Of a stretch of 64,000 nt of DNA, positions 46,149 through 54,562 are shown in pieces. Under the pieces are notes generated by a model. That model did not search any database and was not told where the DNA came from. It saw only the letters and a program-made list of their open reading frames with translations. The stretch covers positions 11,201 to 75,200 of the forward strand of contig QHYN01000203.1 in the NCBI GenBank assembly GCA_003224145.1. Direction: 5' to 3'. A program made the position numbers and the translations under genes. The DNA is from Acidobacteriota bacterium (GTDB taxonomy: Bacteria > Acidobacteriota > Terriglobia > Acidiferrales > UBA7541). Position 1 is the first letter of the stretch. Every line of letters starts with the position of its first letter.

Positions 46149-47720
46149 ATGAGCGAAAGACTCACGCGTCGCGACGCTTTGAAACTGGGCACGAGCGCGG
46201 CCCTCACCGCTACGGTTTCGCCCCTTCTGTCGTCTGCGGTGCGTCCTCATTCTTCCGCGCATCTCGAAGCGCCAAAACCTGATGATTCTGCGACAGCCTC
46301 CACCTCAGGAAACGAGATTTGTTTCATGCGAGCCAAACACCTCGCCAGCCTGATCCGTGAGAAGAAACTGTCTTCCCGCGAAGTGATGCAGGCGCATCTC
46401 AAGCAGATTGAGCGCGTGAATCCCAAGGTCAATGCGATTGTTACGCTGGTTCCGGAAGAGCAGTTGATGGCCCAAGCCTTGGCCGCCGATGAAGCCATCG
46501 CGAAAGGAAACTGGCTTGGCCCGCTGCACGGGCTTCCCGTTGGCGTCAAGGATTTGCACCCCACAAGAGGCATTCGAACCACCCACGGTTCGCCTCTCTA
46601 TAAAGACGATATTCCGAATTTTGATTGCCTCGTGGTCGAGCGCGAGAAGAAGGCGGGAGCCATCATCATCGGCAAAACAAACGTGCCGGAGTGGGGCCTG
46701 GGCTCTCAGACCTTCAATCCGGTCTTCGGGCCGACGCTGAATCCCTACGACCTGACGAAAACTTGCGGCGGCAGCACGGGAGGCGGCGCGGTGGCGCTCG
46801 CGTGCGGGATGTTGCCGCTCGCCGACGGCAGCGACATGGGCGGCTCGCTCCGCAATCCTCCGAATTTTTGCAACGTGGTCGGCATTCGCCCTTCGCCGGG
46901 CCGCGTTCCCAACCCTCCGACGACTCTGGGATGGTTCACGCTGAGTGTGGATGGGCCCGTTGCCCGCGACGTTAGCGATTGCGCGTTTTTCCTGAGCGCC
47001 CTTGCGGGATTCGATCGTCGGTCGCCGATTGCCATTGACCAGGCCGGAAGCCAATTCGCGCAGCCGCTCAGTGGGCGCGATTTCAAAGGCGCGCGCGTTG
47101 CCCTCTTCAAAGATTTGGGCCTTCCCTGGGAGGCGGCTGTCCGTGATGCTGTCAAATCCCAGCGCAAAGTCTTTGAATCTTTGGGCTGTATTGTCGAAGA
47201 GGCTGAACCCGATTTCAAGGATGCCGACGAATGTTTTCTCACGTGGCGCCACTGGTCAGTCGAACTCGGCTTCGGCGACATTTTAGAAGCGAACGTGGAC
47301 AAGTTGAATGAATACGTCCACTGGCATGTTCAAGAGGGTCGCAAGCTTACCGGGCCGCAGCTCGCGCGAGCGGAAGCCAAACGCACGGAACTGTATCAGC
47401 GCATGCGCCGGTTCATGGAGAAGTACGAATTCTTTGTTTTGCCAGTAAATCAGGTTTTGCCCTTCGATGTGAAGACGCATTACCCGACGGAAATCGCCGG
47501 CGTGAAAATGAAAAACTATATCGCGTGGATGAAGTCGGCCTACTATATCTCCACGGTCGGAAATCCCGCGATTTCCGTGCCGTGCGCTTTCTCCGACAGT
47601 GGCCTGCCCATCGGTATTCAAATCGTCGGCCGGCACAATGACGATTGGGGTGTGCTGCAAATGGCTTTTGCTTTCGAGCAAACGACGAATATCGGCAAGC
47701 GGCGGCCGCCCAACGTTTAA
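46149..47720 (+). CDS. Amidase-signature enzyme with a Tat signal peptide
   Basis: LTRRDALK twin-arginine motif; GVKD, GGSTGG and GSDMGGSLRNP motifs. Confidence 0.88.
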   Translation: MSERLTRRDALKLGTSAALTATVSPLLSSAVRPHSSAHLEAPKPDDSATASTSGNEICFMRAKHLASLIREKKLSSREVMQAHLKQIERVNPKVNAIVTLVPEEQLMAQALAADEAIAKGNWLGPLHGLPVGVKDLHPTRGIRTTHGSPLYKDDIPNFDCLVVEREKKAGAIIIGKTNVPEWGLGSQTFNPVFGPTLNPYDLTKTCGGSTGGGAVALACGMLPLADGSDMGGSLRNPPNFCNVVGIRPSPGRVPNPPTTLGWFTLSVDGPVARDVSDCAFFLSALAGFDRRSPIAIDQAGSQFAQPLSGRDFKGARVALFKDLGLPWEAAVRDAVKSQRKVFESLGCIVEEAEPDFKDADECFLTWRHWSVELGFGDILEANVDKLNEYVHWHVQEGRKLTGPQLARAEAKRTELYQRMRRFMEKYEFFVLPVNQVLPFDVKTHYPTEIAGVKMKNYIAWMKSAYYISTVGNPAISVPCAFSDSGLPIGIQIVGRHNDDWGVLQMAFAFEQTTNIGKRRPPNV

Positions 47721-47801
47721 CCTCTAGCGGAATCGATGCGTAGCCTCTTCGGCGAGTTCCTCTTTGTCTTTCTAAAGAAGGCCATTGTGATCCTGTGAGT
47801 G

Positions 47802-48815
47802 CTATGGTTTTTTCGTTTGCCTTGCTACCTCGTTGTCTCGGTTTGCCTGCACTTCCTTAGAGTTTAAGAGTTTGATCAATTCTTCGCCTGGGACGATGGT
47901 AGCGATTCCACTGTTATCGCGAACTTCGCCGGTTAGAACTGTAGCTGCGGGAACACTAAAGCCTGCAGACTCGGGGTAGTATCCGCTAATGAGCCCTAAA
48001 AGAATGTATCTATCGCCAGCAAAAAACGACCCGTGGTGCATCCCTCCAAGATTGACGAAGACAGGAGACCCACTGTTACCGTGAAATGCATGGAGGTCTG
48101 CTAGGAACAGTTTCCCTTTTTTGTGTAGTGTGGTGTCCAGCTTCTCTTCAGGCAACATTGCAATGACCCCTTCTCTGACAATTGGTTCCATACGGGTCTG
48201 TCCTGAAAAACTGCTGAAGTATCCGGCAAAGACGAGCTGATCCCCGACTGCAACGTCGCCGTTTTTGAGTTGGTCAGAACTTGCAACGATACTGAATGGG
48301 ATGTGCCGATAGGCATATCTCTTGCTGTCCGGTGCGAGGGGGAGAATGGCGAGGTCCACGGCATCGTCTGATGCGAAGAACCATTGTATCTGGCCGCCTA
48401 GCGGGATTTGTTCGGCTATGGATTGGAGTCCATGCTCCGGAGTGGCCAGATTCATTCGTAAATATACAGCTAGAACATGGTAAGGCGAGCCAACGTCAAT
48501 ACCTGGTTGCGCGACGTGCCGGTTTGTCACGAGGTATATGAAGGCCCGATCTGCCCCGAGCCTGGCGTCGGGGAACATTACAAAGAAACAGGTTCCGATG
48601 ACACCGCCTTGTGTCAGTCCATTCTGATAGGTAACCATCAAGAAGCCAACCGTGCTTCGAATTTGTTCTGGAAGGGGTGGCATAGGTGCTGCTGTGCTGG
48701 TCGCCGACTGCTGAGGTGCCGCGGTGGGTGGGGGCTGTGTTGGCTGTTGGGCTGAAGAAGTGAGCAATGCTAGCAATAAGCAAGAAACCAGAGCTGGAAT
48801 GCTGAAATCTCGCAT
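47802..48815 (-). CDS. Secreted trypsin-like serine protease (no PDZ)
   Basis: Signal peptide ...TSSA|QQP; triad motifs VTNRHV, DLAIL and HGNSGSPV. Confidence 0.78.
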   Translation of the reverse strand: MRDFSIPALVSCLLLALLTSSAQQPTQPPPTAAPQQSATSTAAPMPPLPEQIRSTVGFLMVTYQNGLTQGGVIGTCFFVMFPDARLGADRAFIYLVTNRHVAQPGIDVGSPYHVLAVYLRMNLATPEHGLQSIAEQIPLGGQIQWFFASDDAVDLAILPLAPDSKRYAYRHIPFSIVASSDQLKNGDVAVGDQLVFAGYFSSFSGQTRMEPIVREGVIAMLPEEKLDTTLHKKGKLFLADLHAFHGNSGSPVFVNLGGMHHGSFFAGDRYILLGLISGYYPESAGFSVPAATVLTGEVRDNSGIATIVPGEELIKLLNSKEVQANRDNEVARQTKKP

Positions 48816-48934
48816 CTACTGTGAACCTCCTGCGATTAGAACGAATGCAAGAGGAAAACTTGCAAGTGTTCTAGGATTTAATTCTAGACCTGAGGAAGGT
48901 AAAAGCACCTGCACAGAACTGCCCAAGGGTGGCC

Positions 48935-48982
48935 CAAAACTAAAATGAAATTAAAATGAAGGGCGGCCCGGAGAAGCCGCCC
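48935..48982 (-). terminator. Intrinsic terminator, probably the original tRNA-Ala terminator
   Basis: GGGCGGC/GCCGCCC stem (48961-48982) followed on the minus strand by TTCATTTTAATTTCATTTT. Confidence 0.55.
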
Positions 48983-49006
48983 GGCTCGGAAACCGCGTTT
49001 CTAAAG

Positions 49007-50302
49007 TGAGCGGCCTGACACAAGGGTGACAGTTTGTACCGGACACATGGGTGACACTCTTTCCCTTTAGGGGGAGAGAGTGATGCCTTGGAAGGAGTGT
49101 TCGGTTATGGATGAACGTGTTCGCTTTGTGGCTCGCTTGCTGGACGGAGAAAAAATGGCGGCTCTCTGTCGAGAGTTCGCTATCTCTCGCAAGACCGGCT
49201 ATAAGATCTTTGACCGCTACAAAGAATCCGGTCTGGAAGCTCTGACGGACCGTTCCCGCAGGCCCTGGCGTTACGGCAATCAGCTGCCCCAGCAGGTAGA
49301 GGCCGCCATTCTGAACCTCAAACGGGAGAAGCCCTACTGGGGCGCACGCAAGATCCGCGAACGCTTGCTGCGTCGCTTTTCCTGTGAGGTTAAGGTTCCT
49401 GCCCGCAGCACTATCCACGCCGTGCTCGATCGACATGGTCTAGTCCAGCGCCGAGGGCGCAGGCGCCACCATGCTCAGGGCACGCCCTTGTCTCTCGGGC
49501 AAAAGCCCAACGAGCTATGGTGCACCGATTACAAAGGCGAGTTCCTGCTGGGCAACAAAAAATACTGCTACCCTCTGACCGTCACCGATCACGCCTCGCG
49601 CTATCTCCTCCTCTGTGAAGCCCTGGAATCTACCTGTGAGGTTCTTGCTTTTACCGCTTTTGATCGTCTGTTTAAAGAGCGCGGCCTGCCTGGCAGCATG
49701 CGCTCGGACAACGGCGTGCCCTTCGCCTCACCCAACTCTCTGTTTAACCTCTCCAAACTCTCTGTCTGGTGGTTGCGTCTGGGCATCACCATCGAACGCA
49801 TCCAACCCGGTCATCCGCAACAGAATGGCCGGCATGAACGCATGCATCTTACGCTCAAAACGGAAACCACTCGTCCTGCGGGCATGAACAGTCTGCAGCA
49901 GCAAACCAAATTCGATGATTTTCTCGAAGAGTTCAACAACGAGCGGCCGCACCAAGCCCTCGACATGAAGTGCCCCGCGGAAGTCTATGCTCCCGCCACC
50001 CGCCCCTATCGCGGCCTGCCGGAACTTGCTTATCCTTTTCACGACAGCACCATCCACGTCACCAGCTGCGGACGTATCTGTCTCCACCGCAAAAAAATTA
50101 ATCTCAGCACCGTCTTCGCGGGACAAGCTGTCGGTATCAAGGAGGTCGAAGAAGGTATTTGGCTGGTCAGCTTTATGGATTACGATATCGGGTACATCGA
50201 TCTGGAGGAAAAAACTCTGCAGCCTCTCGACAACCCTTTTGGCCCAAAAGTGTTACCTATGTAGCCGGTACGTTCTGTCACCTATGTCTCCGGGTCGGAC
50301 CA
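49007..50302 (+). mobile_element. IS481-family insertion sequence
   Basis: Imperfect ~50-bp terminal inverted repeats: left end reverse complement TGTCACCCATGTGTCCGGTACAAACTGTCACC vs right TGTTACCTATGTAGCCGGTACGTTCTGTCACC. Single transposase; exact ends uncertain by a few nt. Confidence 0.85.
49083..50264 (+). CDS. IS481-family DDE transposase
   Basis: MPWKECSVMDER start, HTH region, and catalytic motifs WCTDYKG, RSDNG and RHERMH. Confidence 0.92.
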   Translation: MPWKECSVMDERVRFVARLLDGEKMAALCREFAISRKTGYKIFDRYKESGLEALTDRSRRPWRYGNQLPQQVEAAILNLKREKPYWGARKIRERLLRRFSCEVKVPARSTIHAVLDRHGLVQRRGRRRHHAQGTPLSLGQKPNELWCTDYKGEFLLGNKKYCYPLTVTDHASRYLLLCEALESTCEVLAFTAFDRLFKERGLPGSMRSDNGVPFASPNSLFNLSKLSVWWLRLGITIERIQPGHPQQNGRHERMHLTLKTETTRPAGMNSLQQQTKFDDFLEEFNNERPHQALDMKCPAEVYAPATRPYRGLPELAYPFHDSTIHVTSCGRICLHRKKINLSTVFAGQAVGIKEVEEGIWLVSFMDYDIGYIDLEEKTLQPLDNPFGPKVLPM

Positions 50303-50310
50303 AGGGATTT

Positions 50311-50386
50311 TGGTGGACGAGAGGGGATTCGAACCCCCGACCTCCTCGTTGCGAACGAGGCGCTCTCCCAGCTGAGCTACTCGCCC
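50311..50386 (-). tRNA. tRNA-Ala (anticodon CGC)
   Basis: GGGCGAGTAGCTCAGCTGGGAGAGCGCCTCGTT-CGC-AACGAGGAGGTCGGGGGTTCGAATCCCCTCTCGTCCACCA; 76 nt, encoded CCA. Confidence 0.97.
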
Positions 50387-50522
50387 ACGAGCAGCACGTC
50401 AAGTTTAGCAAACGCCTCATGCCTTGCCAACGCGCGGTCTTCCGCCCGTAAACACACTGGCGTACAACATGCAGCGCCGCTGCTGCTCAAATCTACGTTT
50501 GTGGAATCCTCTGCGGGTGTTT

Positions 50523-52136
50523 TTACGGTTGATCGACCGACTCGCCCATGCGTTGCGCGATGATCTTCCGCGCGTTTTGGTACAGCGCACGCGCCTGTGG
50601 AATCACCTCCACGGCCTTCTGCACCTGCGGGTCGGCTTCCAGCAGAACCTTGAAGCCCTCCTGCTGGCTGAACGCGGACATAAATACTTCCTGCTTAATC
50701 TTCCGCTTCATCCAGTCCAGGTTCTCCGCCATCTCCGGTTCCGTGTACCTGACGTTGTGCTTGCTCAAGTACTCGCGAAACATTCGCATCACGTTCTCAT
50801 CCGCCTCAAATTCTTTGGTAATGGTTGGCTTCATCCCCAGGTAATAGCGCGTAAACCCTCCCACACCCGTCTCCGCGGGGAAGAATACATCGTCGCGAAA
50901 TAGCAATTGCTGAAACTTGGTCAGCTTCGGCGCCGCTACGATGATATCCGGAATAATTCCTCCTCCGCCGGTAACCTGCCGCCCGCTGTCCGTCAGTTTC
51001 ACTTCCGTGGGATGATCAGGCACTTTGCGTTCGTAGTGATATTCGTAAAGCGAAACCGACTTGTAATCCCTCTGAATCAGCCGGCCACTTGGCGTGTAAT
51101 AACGCGCCGTAGTCAGCGCAAGCCCGGTATTCTCGCTGAGGGGAGTTACCGTCTGAACCAGGCCTTTGCCGAAAGTCGTCTCGCCCACGATCAGGCCGCG
51201 ATCGTGATCCTGCACTGCACCGGAAACAATCTCCGTGGCCGAGGCAGAATTGTTGTTCACCAGGATCACCAGGGGCACGGTCACGCCCTGATTGCCGCGC
51301 ACGGCGTAATACCGCCGTTCCGGCGACGTCCTTCCGTGGTGCGACACGATCAACTGGTTCTTGTCCAGGAACATATCGCCGACAGCCACCGCCTCATTCA
51401 GCAATCCGCCTGGGTTGCCCCGCATATCCAGAATTAGCCCGTCCAGCGAGGAGGCGCCCAACTGTTTCAACGCATCCGCAATTTCGCGATCCGTTGTTTC
51501 GTTAAACCCCGACAGCCGGATGTACCCAATCCCCGGCTTCAGCAGGAATGCGATGTCCACGGAATGCCGCGGAATCTCATCCCGGGTCACCGTGAACACC
51601 AGGGTTTCTGGATATCCTTCGCGCGAAACGGTGATCTTGACCACCGTTCCCTTCGGTCCCTTCAACATATCGGCGACTTCGGTGGTGGAGAGGCCTTCGG
51701 TTGATCTGTCATCGACCTTGACGATCACATCGCCCGGCCGGATTCCTGCCTTATACGCGGGCGCGCCGGCGTACGGCGCCATCACCACGGTATGGTTCTC
51801 CCGCGGTGCCACAATCATTCCCACGCCGTAATACTTCCCGCGCTGGTCCTCCCGCAAAAGCGAAAATTGCTTGGCATCAAAGAAACTGGAGTGCGGATCG
51901 AGCATCCGCAGCATGCCCGGGATGGCTCCCTGGTAGACGGCCTTGTCCACATCCATTGGCTCGGCGTAGTTGTTCTGAACCACGTCCAGCACGCGTGTAA
52001 AATCCCGCACGGCGGTCTGATAATCATCCGCCGAAGCGGCAGTAGCCCGCACATTGGGGCCGTAAATACCTCCCAAAATAGCGGATAACAGCAATACCCC
52101 AATAGCGATAACAATTCCGCGACGTTCTGATTTCAT
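50523..52136 (-). CDS. ctpA: S41-family carboxy-terminal processing protease
   Basis: PDZ domain; LDMRGNPGG, SASATEI and TFGKGLVQ motifs; N-terminal signal or anchor. ATG 52136. Confidence 0.9.
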   Translation of the reverse strand: MKSERRGIVIAIGVLLLSAILGGIYGPNVRATAASADDYQTAVRDFTRVLDVVQNNYAEPMDVDKAVYQGAIPGMLRMLDPHSSFFDAKQFSLLREDQRGKYYGVGMIVAPRENHTVVMAPYAGAPAYKAGIRPGDVIVKVDDRSTEGLSTTEVADMLKGPKGTVVKITVSREGYPETLVFTVTRDEIPRHSVDIAFLLKPGIGYIRLSGFNETTDREIADALKQLGASSLDGLILDMRGNPGGLLNEAVAVGDMFLDKNQLIVSHHGRTSPERRYYAVRGNQGVTVPLVILVNNNSASATEIVSGAVQDHDRGLIVGETTFGKGLVQTVTPLSENTGLALTTARYYTPSGRLIQRDYKSVSLYEYHYERKVPDHPTEVKLTDSGRQVTGGGGIIPDIIVAAPKLTKFQQLLFRDDVFFPAETGVGGFTRYYLGMKPTITKEFEADENVMRMFREYLSKHNVRYTEPEMAENLDWMKRKIKQEVFMSAFSQQEGFKVLLEADPQVQKAVEVIPQARALYQNARKIIAQRMGESVDQP

Positions 52137-52164
52137 TCTGACCTCGCGCGAGAACCTAGCAAAA

Positions 52165-52219
52165 ATTATACCACATCGCAAACTCCGGTTTGACAGCGCC
52201 TAAACACCCTTTCTATGAT
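52165..52219. promoter_or_regulatory. Divergent promoters for ctpA and the tat operon
   Basis: Minus strand TG-G-TATAAT (52173-52165); plus strand TTGACA (52190-52195)-18 nt-TATGAT (52214-52219). Confidence 0.6.
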
Positions 52220-52251
52220 GCCAATGGCGCTTTAAACGGCTGCCAAACGCA

Positions 52252-52674
52252 ATGTTGAGCATTCCCCACATGATTGTTGTCTTTATCGTGGTCTTGGTCG
52301 TTTTCGGACCTCAGAAGCTGCCGGAGCTTGCCCGCGGCCTGGGCAAACTCATGGCTGAGTTTCGCAAAGCTTCTACGGACTTTAAGACTGCCTTCGAAGA
52401 GGAGATGCGCGACCTGGAGCGCCAGGCGCTTCTGGCCGAGCGCAAGAAGGCCGCAGATGCGGCCGCCGGCGAGCCAATACAACCTGCGACCATCGCTACC
52501 GCCTCAGGCGCCGAAACGCCTTCGAGCGAAGGCCCAGCAGAACCTCGCGGCACCGAAGCCCCGGTGATTTCCCCGGTGGCTGAATCGGTCGCGCGTTCTG
52601 GCGAAGAATCGGCCGATATTAAGGCGGAAGCCGCCGCGCCAACCGAATCTGAAGAATCCAGACATGACGCATAG
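52252..52674 (+). CDS. tatB: Twin-arginine translocase TatB (TatA/B family)
   Basis: TM helix, FGPQKLPELARGLGK, amphipathic helix and a long low-complexity tail; upstream of tatC. Confidence 0.78.
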   Translation: MLSIPHMIVVFIVVLVVFGPQKLPELARGLGKLMAEFRKASTDFKTAFEEEMRDLERQALLAERKKAADAAAGEPIQPATIATASGAETPSSEGPAEPRGTEAPVISPVAESVARSGEESADIKAEAAAPTESEESRHDA

Positions 52675-53515
52675 CGTCCCGCCTGATCTTGTGCCCGACT
52701 CCACTCACAAACCGCAGAACGCCAGCCCGGCTGAAGAGCCCGGCGGCGCCATGACCTTTTTCGAGCACTTGAGCGAGCTGCGCAAGCGCATCATCTATTC
52801 GCTTTATGCTATCGGCATCGGCGCCTTCATTGGCATTTACCTTTCCAAGTATTTGATCTACTGGATTAACAAGCCGATGCTGAAGGCGCTCGCGGACGCA
52901 CACCTTGATCCGAAACTGATTTATACGCATCCGGCGGGCTATTTGAATCTCGTTATCACAGTGGGCGTGTATCTCGGAATCGTGTTGGCTTCGCCCATCG
53001 TGCTCTATCAAATCTGGCTTTTTGTCGCACCGGCCCTCTACAAACATGAGCGCGGCGCCATTACCGGCTTCATGTGTTCCACCGTTTTTCTCTTTCTGGC
53101 AGGGATTGCCTTTGGGTACTTCATCACTCTCCCCTACGTCCTGCACTTCCTGATCAGCCCGGGGCCGTTATTCATGTTGCAGCGTGACGTCACGCCCATG
53201 ATTAGCGTAAACGAGTATTTCGATTTGATCTTGCTGATCCTTCTGGGTATCGGGTTGATGTTCGAGCTCCCCGTTCTGATTTTCTTTCTCTCCCTCTTTG
53301 GCATCGTTACGCCGAAGTTTCTCTGGAAAAATTCGAAATACGCCATTCTCGTCATCTCGGTGATCGCCGCGATCGTGACCCCCACTCCGGACGCTTTGAC
53401 CATGCTGGTCTTCATGGCTCCGATGATTGGGCTCTATTTCCTGGGCATCGCGGTCTCCGCAGTCGTCACGCGGCGGCGGGATCGGCGGCTGGCCGCTCCG
53501 GTGGAGGCACGCTGA
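52664..53515 (+). CDS. tatC: Twin-arginine translocase TatC
   Basis: MTFFEHLSELRKR, YQIWLFVAPALY, FELP and TPTPD motifs. Confidence 0.95.
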   Translation: MTHSVPPDLVPDSTHKPQNASPAEEPGGAMTFFEHLSELRKRIIYSLYAIGIGAFIGIYLSKYLIYWINKPMLKALADAHLDPKLIYTHPAGYLNLVITVGVYLGIVLASPIVLYQIWLFVAPALYKHERGAITGFMCSTVFLFLAGIAFGYFITLPYVLHFLISPGPLFMLQRDVTPMISVNEYFDLILLILLGIGLMFELPVLIFFLSLFGIVTPKFLWKNSKYAILVISVIAAIVTPTPDALTMLVFMAPMIGLYFLGIAVSAVVTRRRDRRLAAPVEAR

Positions 53516-54547
53516 ATGGGATTGCACTCGAGAGCTGTTCTGCGCACCGCTTTGCTCTTTAGCTTCATCCCCGCAGGGTTGCTAGGCTGTAAAGCAGGCG
53601 GGAACGATCCCTCCGGCGCCACCGGCCAGCCACCCTTCATGAGCACCGTGGCTTCCGCGCCGCCGCAAACTGCTGACGACGCACCGCCACCCGAGAAGAC
53701 CGACGGCTTCGATGGCAAGCGGGCTTTCGCATTAGTCGCCAAGCAAGTCAGCTTCGGCCCGCGTCCTTCCGGCTCACAAGCCATCGTGCAACTGCAGGAT
53801 TTTCTGCAATCAGAGTTGAAGAGTTATGGCTGCGCCATGGAGACCGACAGTTTTAGCGCTGACACGCCAATTGGCCGTCTCCCGATGAAAAACATTCTCG
53901 TGAAGATTCCCGGCGAGAAACCCGGCGTGATCCTGCTCGGCACTCATTACGACACGAAGCGCCTAGAGAGGTTCGTCGGTGCGGATGATGCTGGCTCCTC
54001 CACTGCGGTGATGCTGGAGCTCGCCCGTCTCCTTTGCAAGCAGCGGGGCAAGTACGCGGTTTGGATCGCTTTCTTCGACGGCGAAGAAGCCGTCAATCGT
54101 GACTGGAAGGATCCTGACAATCGCTACGGCAGCCGTCAGATGGCCGCAAAACTTTCCGCCAGCAGCGACCTCCCGAGAATCAAAGCTCTCCTTCTTGCCG
54201 ATATCGTCGGTGGCCGCAATCTGCACGTCAAGAAGGAGAGTTACTCCACTAAATGGTTGACGGAGTTGGTATGGGCTGTCGCCGACCGGCTGGGTTATCA
54301 AAGTGTGTTTCTGAACGAGGAGAGCACCATCGAAGACGACCACTTATCTTTTTTGAGCCGCAAGGTTCCTTCCATGGATGTGATCGATTTGGACAACGGA
54401 CCGGAAGGCGATGTCTACTACTGGCACACTCCGCAGGACACACTCGACAAGATCAGTGCCAAGAATCTTGCCATCATCGGCCACGTTTTTCTAGAGTCGG
54501 TGAAACAACTTCAATCCAGATACTTAGGCCTCGATCGACAGATGTGA
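53516..54547 (+). CDS. M28-family lipoprotein, glutaminyl-peptide cyclotransferase-like
   Basis: Lipobox LLG-C; HYDTK, GADD, FFDGEE, LADIVG, IEDDHLSFL and YWHT motifs. Confidence 0.75.
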   Translation: MGLHSRAVLRTALLFSFIPAGLLGCKAGGNDPSGATGQPPFMSTVASAPPQTADDAPPPEKTDGFDGKRAFALVAKQVSFGPRPSGSQAIVQLQDFLQSELKSYGCAMETDSFSADTPIGRLPMKNILVKIPGEKPGVILLGTHYDTKRLERFVGADDAGSSTAVMLELARLLCKQRGKYAVWIAFFDGEEAVNRDWKDPDNRYGSRQMAAKLSASSDLPRIKALLLADIVGGRNLHVKKESYSTKWLTELVWAVADRLGYQSVFLNEESTIEDDHLSFLSRKVPSMDVIDLDNGPEGDVYYWHTPQDTLDKISAKNLAIIGHVFLESVKQLQSRYLGLDRQM

Positions 54548-54562
54548 TTCTGTGCGCGAAAT

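Noticed and set aside
46780-46800. GGSTGG instead of GGSSGG in the amidase as a sign of inactivity
   Set aside because: The first Ser (cis-Ser), the Lys (GVKD) and the nucleophilic Ser (GGSLR) are all present; the Ser-to-Thr change is conservative.
48951-49436. 161-aa minus-strand ORF at the IS left end
   Set aside because: Antisense to the transposase and running through the terminal inverted repeat; no evidence of function.
47700-50400. Integrative element or prophage at tRNA-Ala
   Set aside because: No integrase or phage genes, and no duplicated tRNA 3' end (att site) found by eye in the window.
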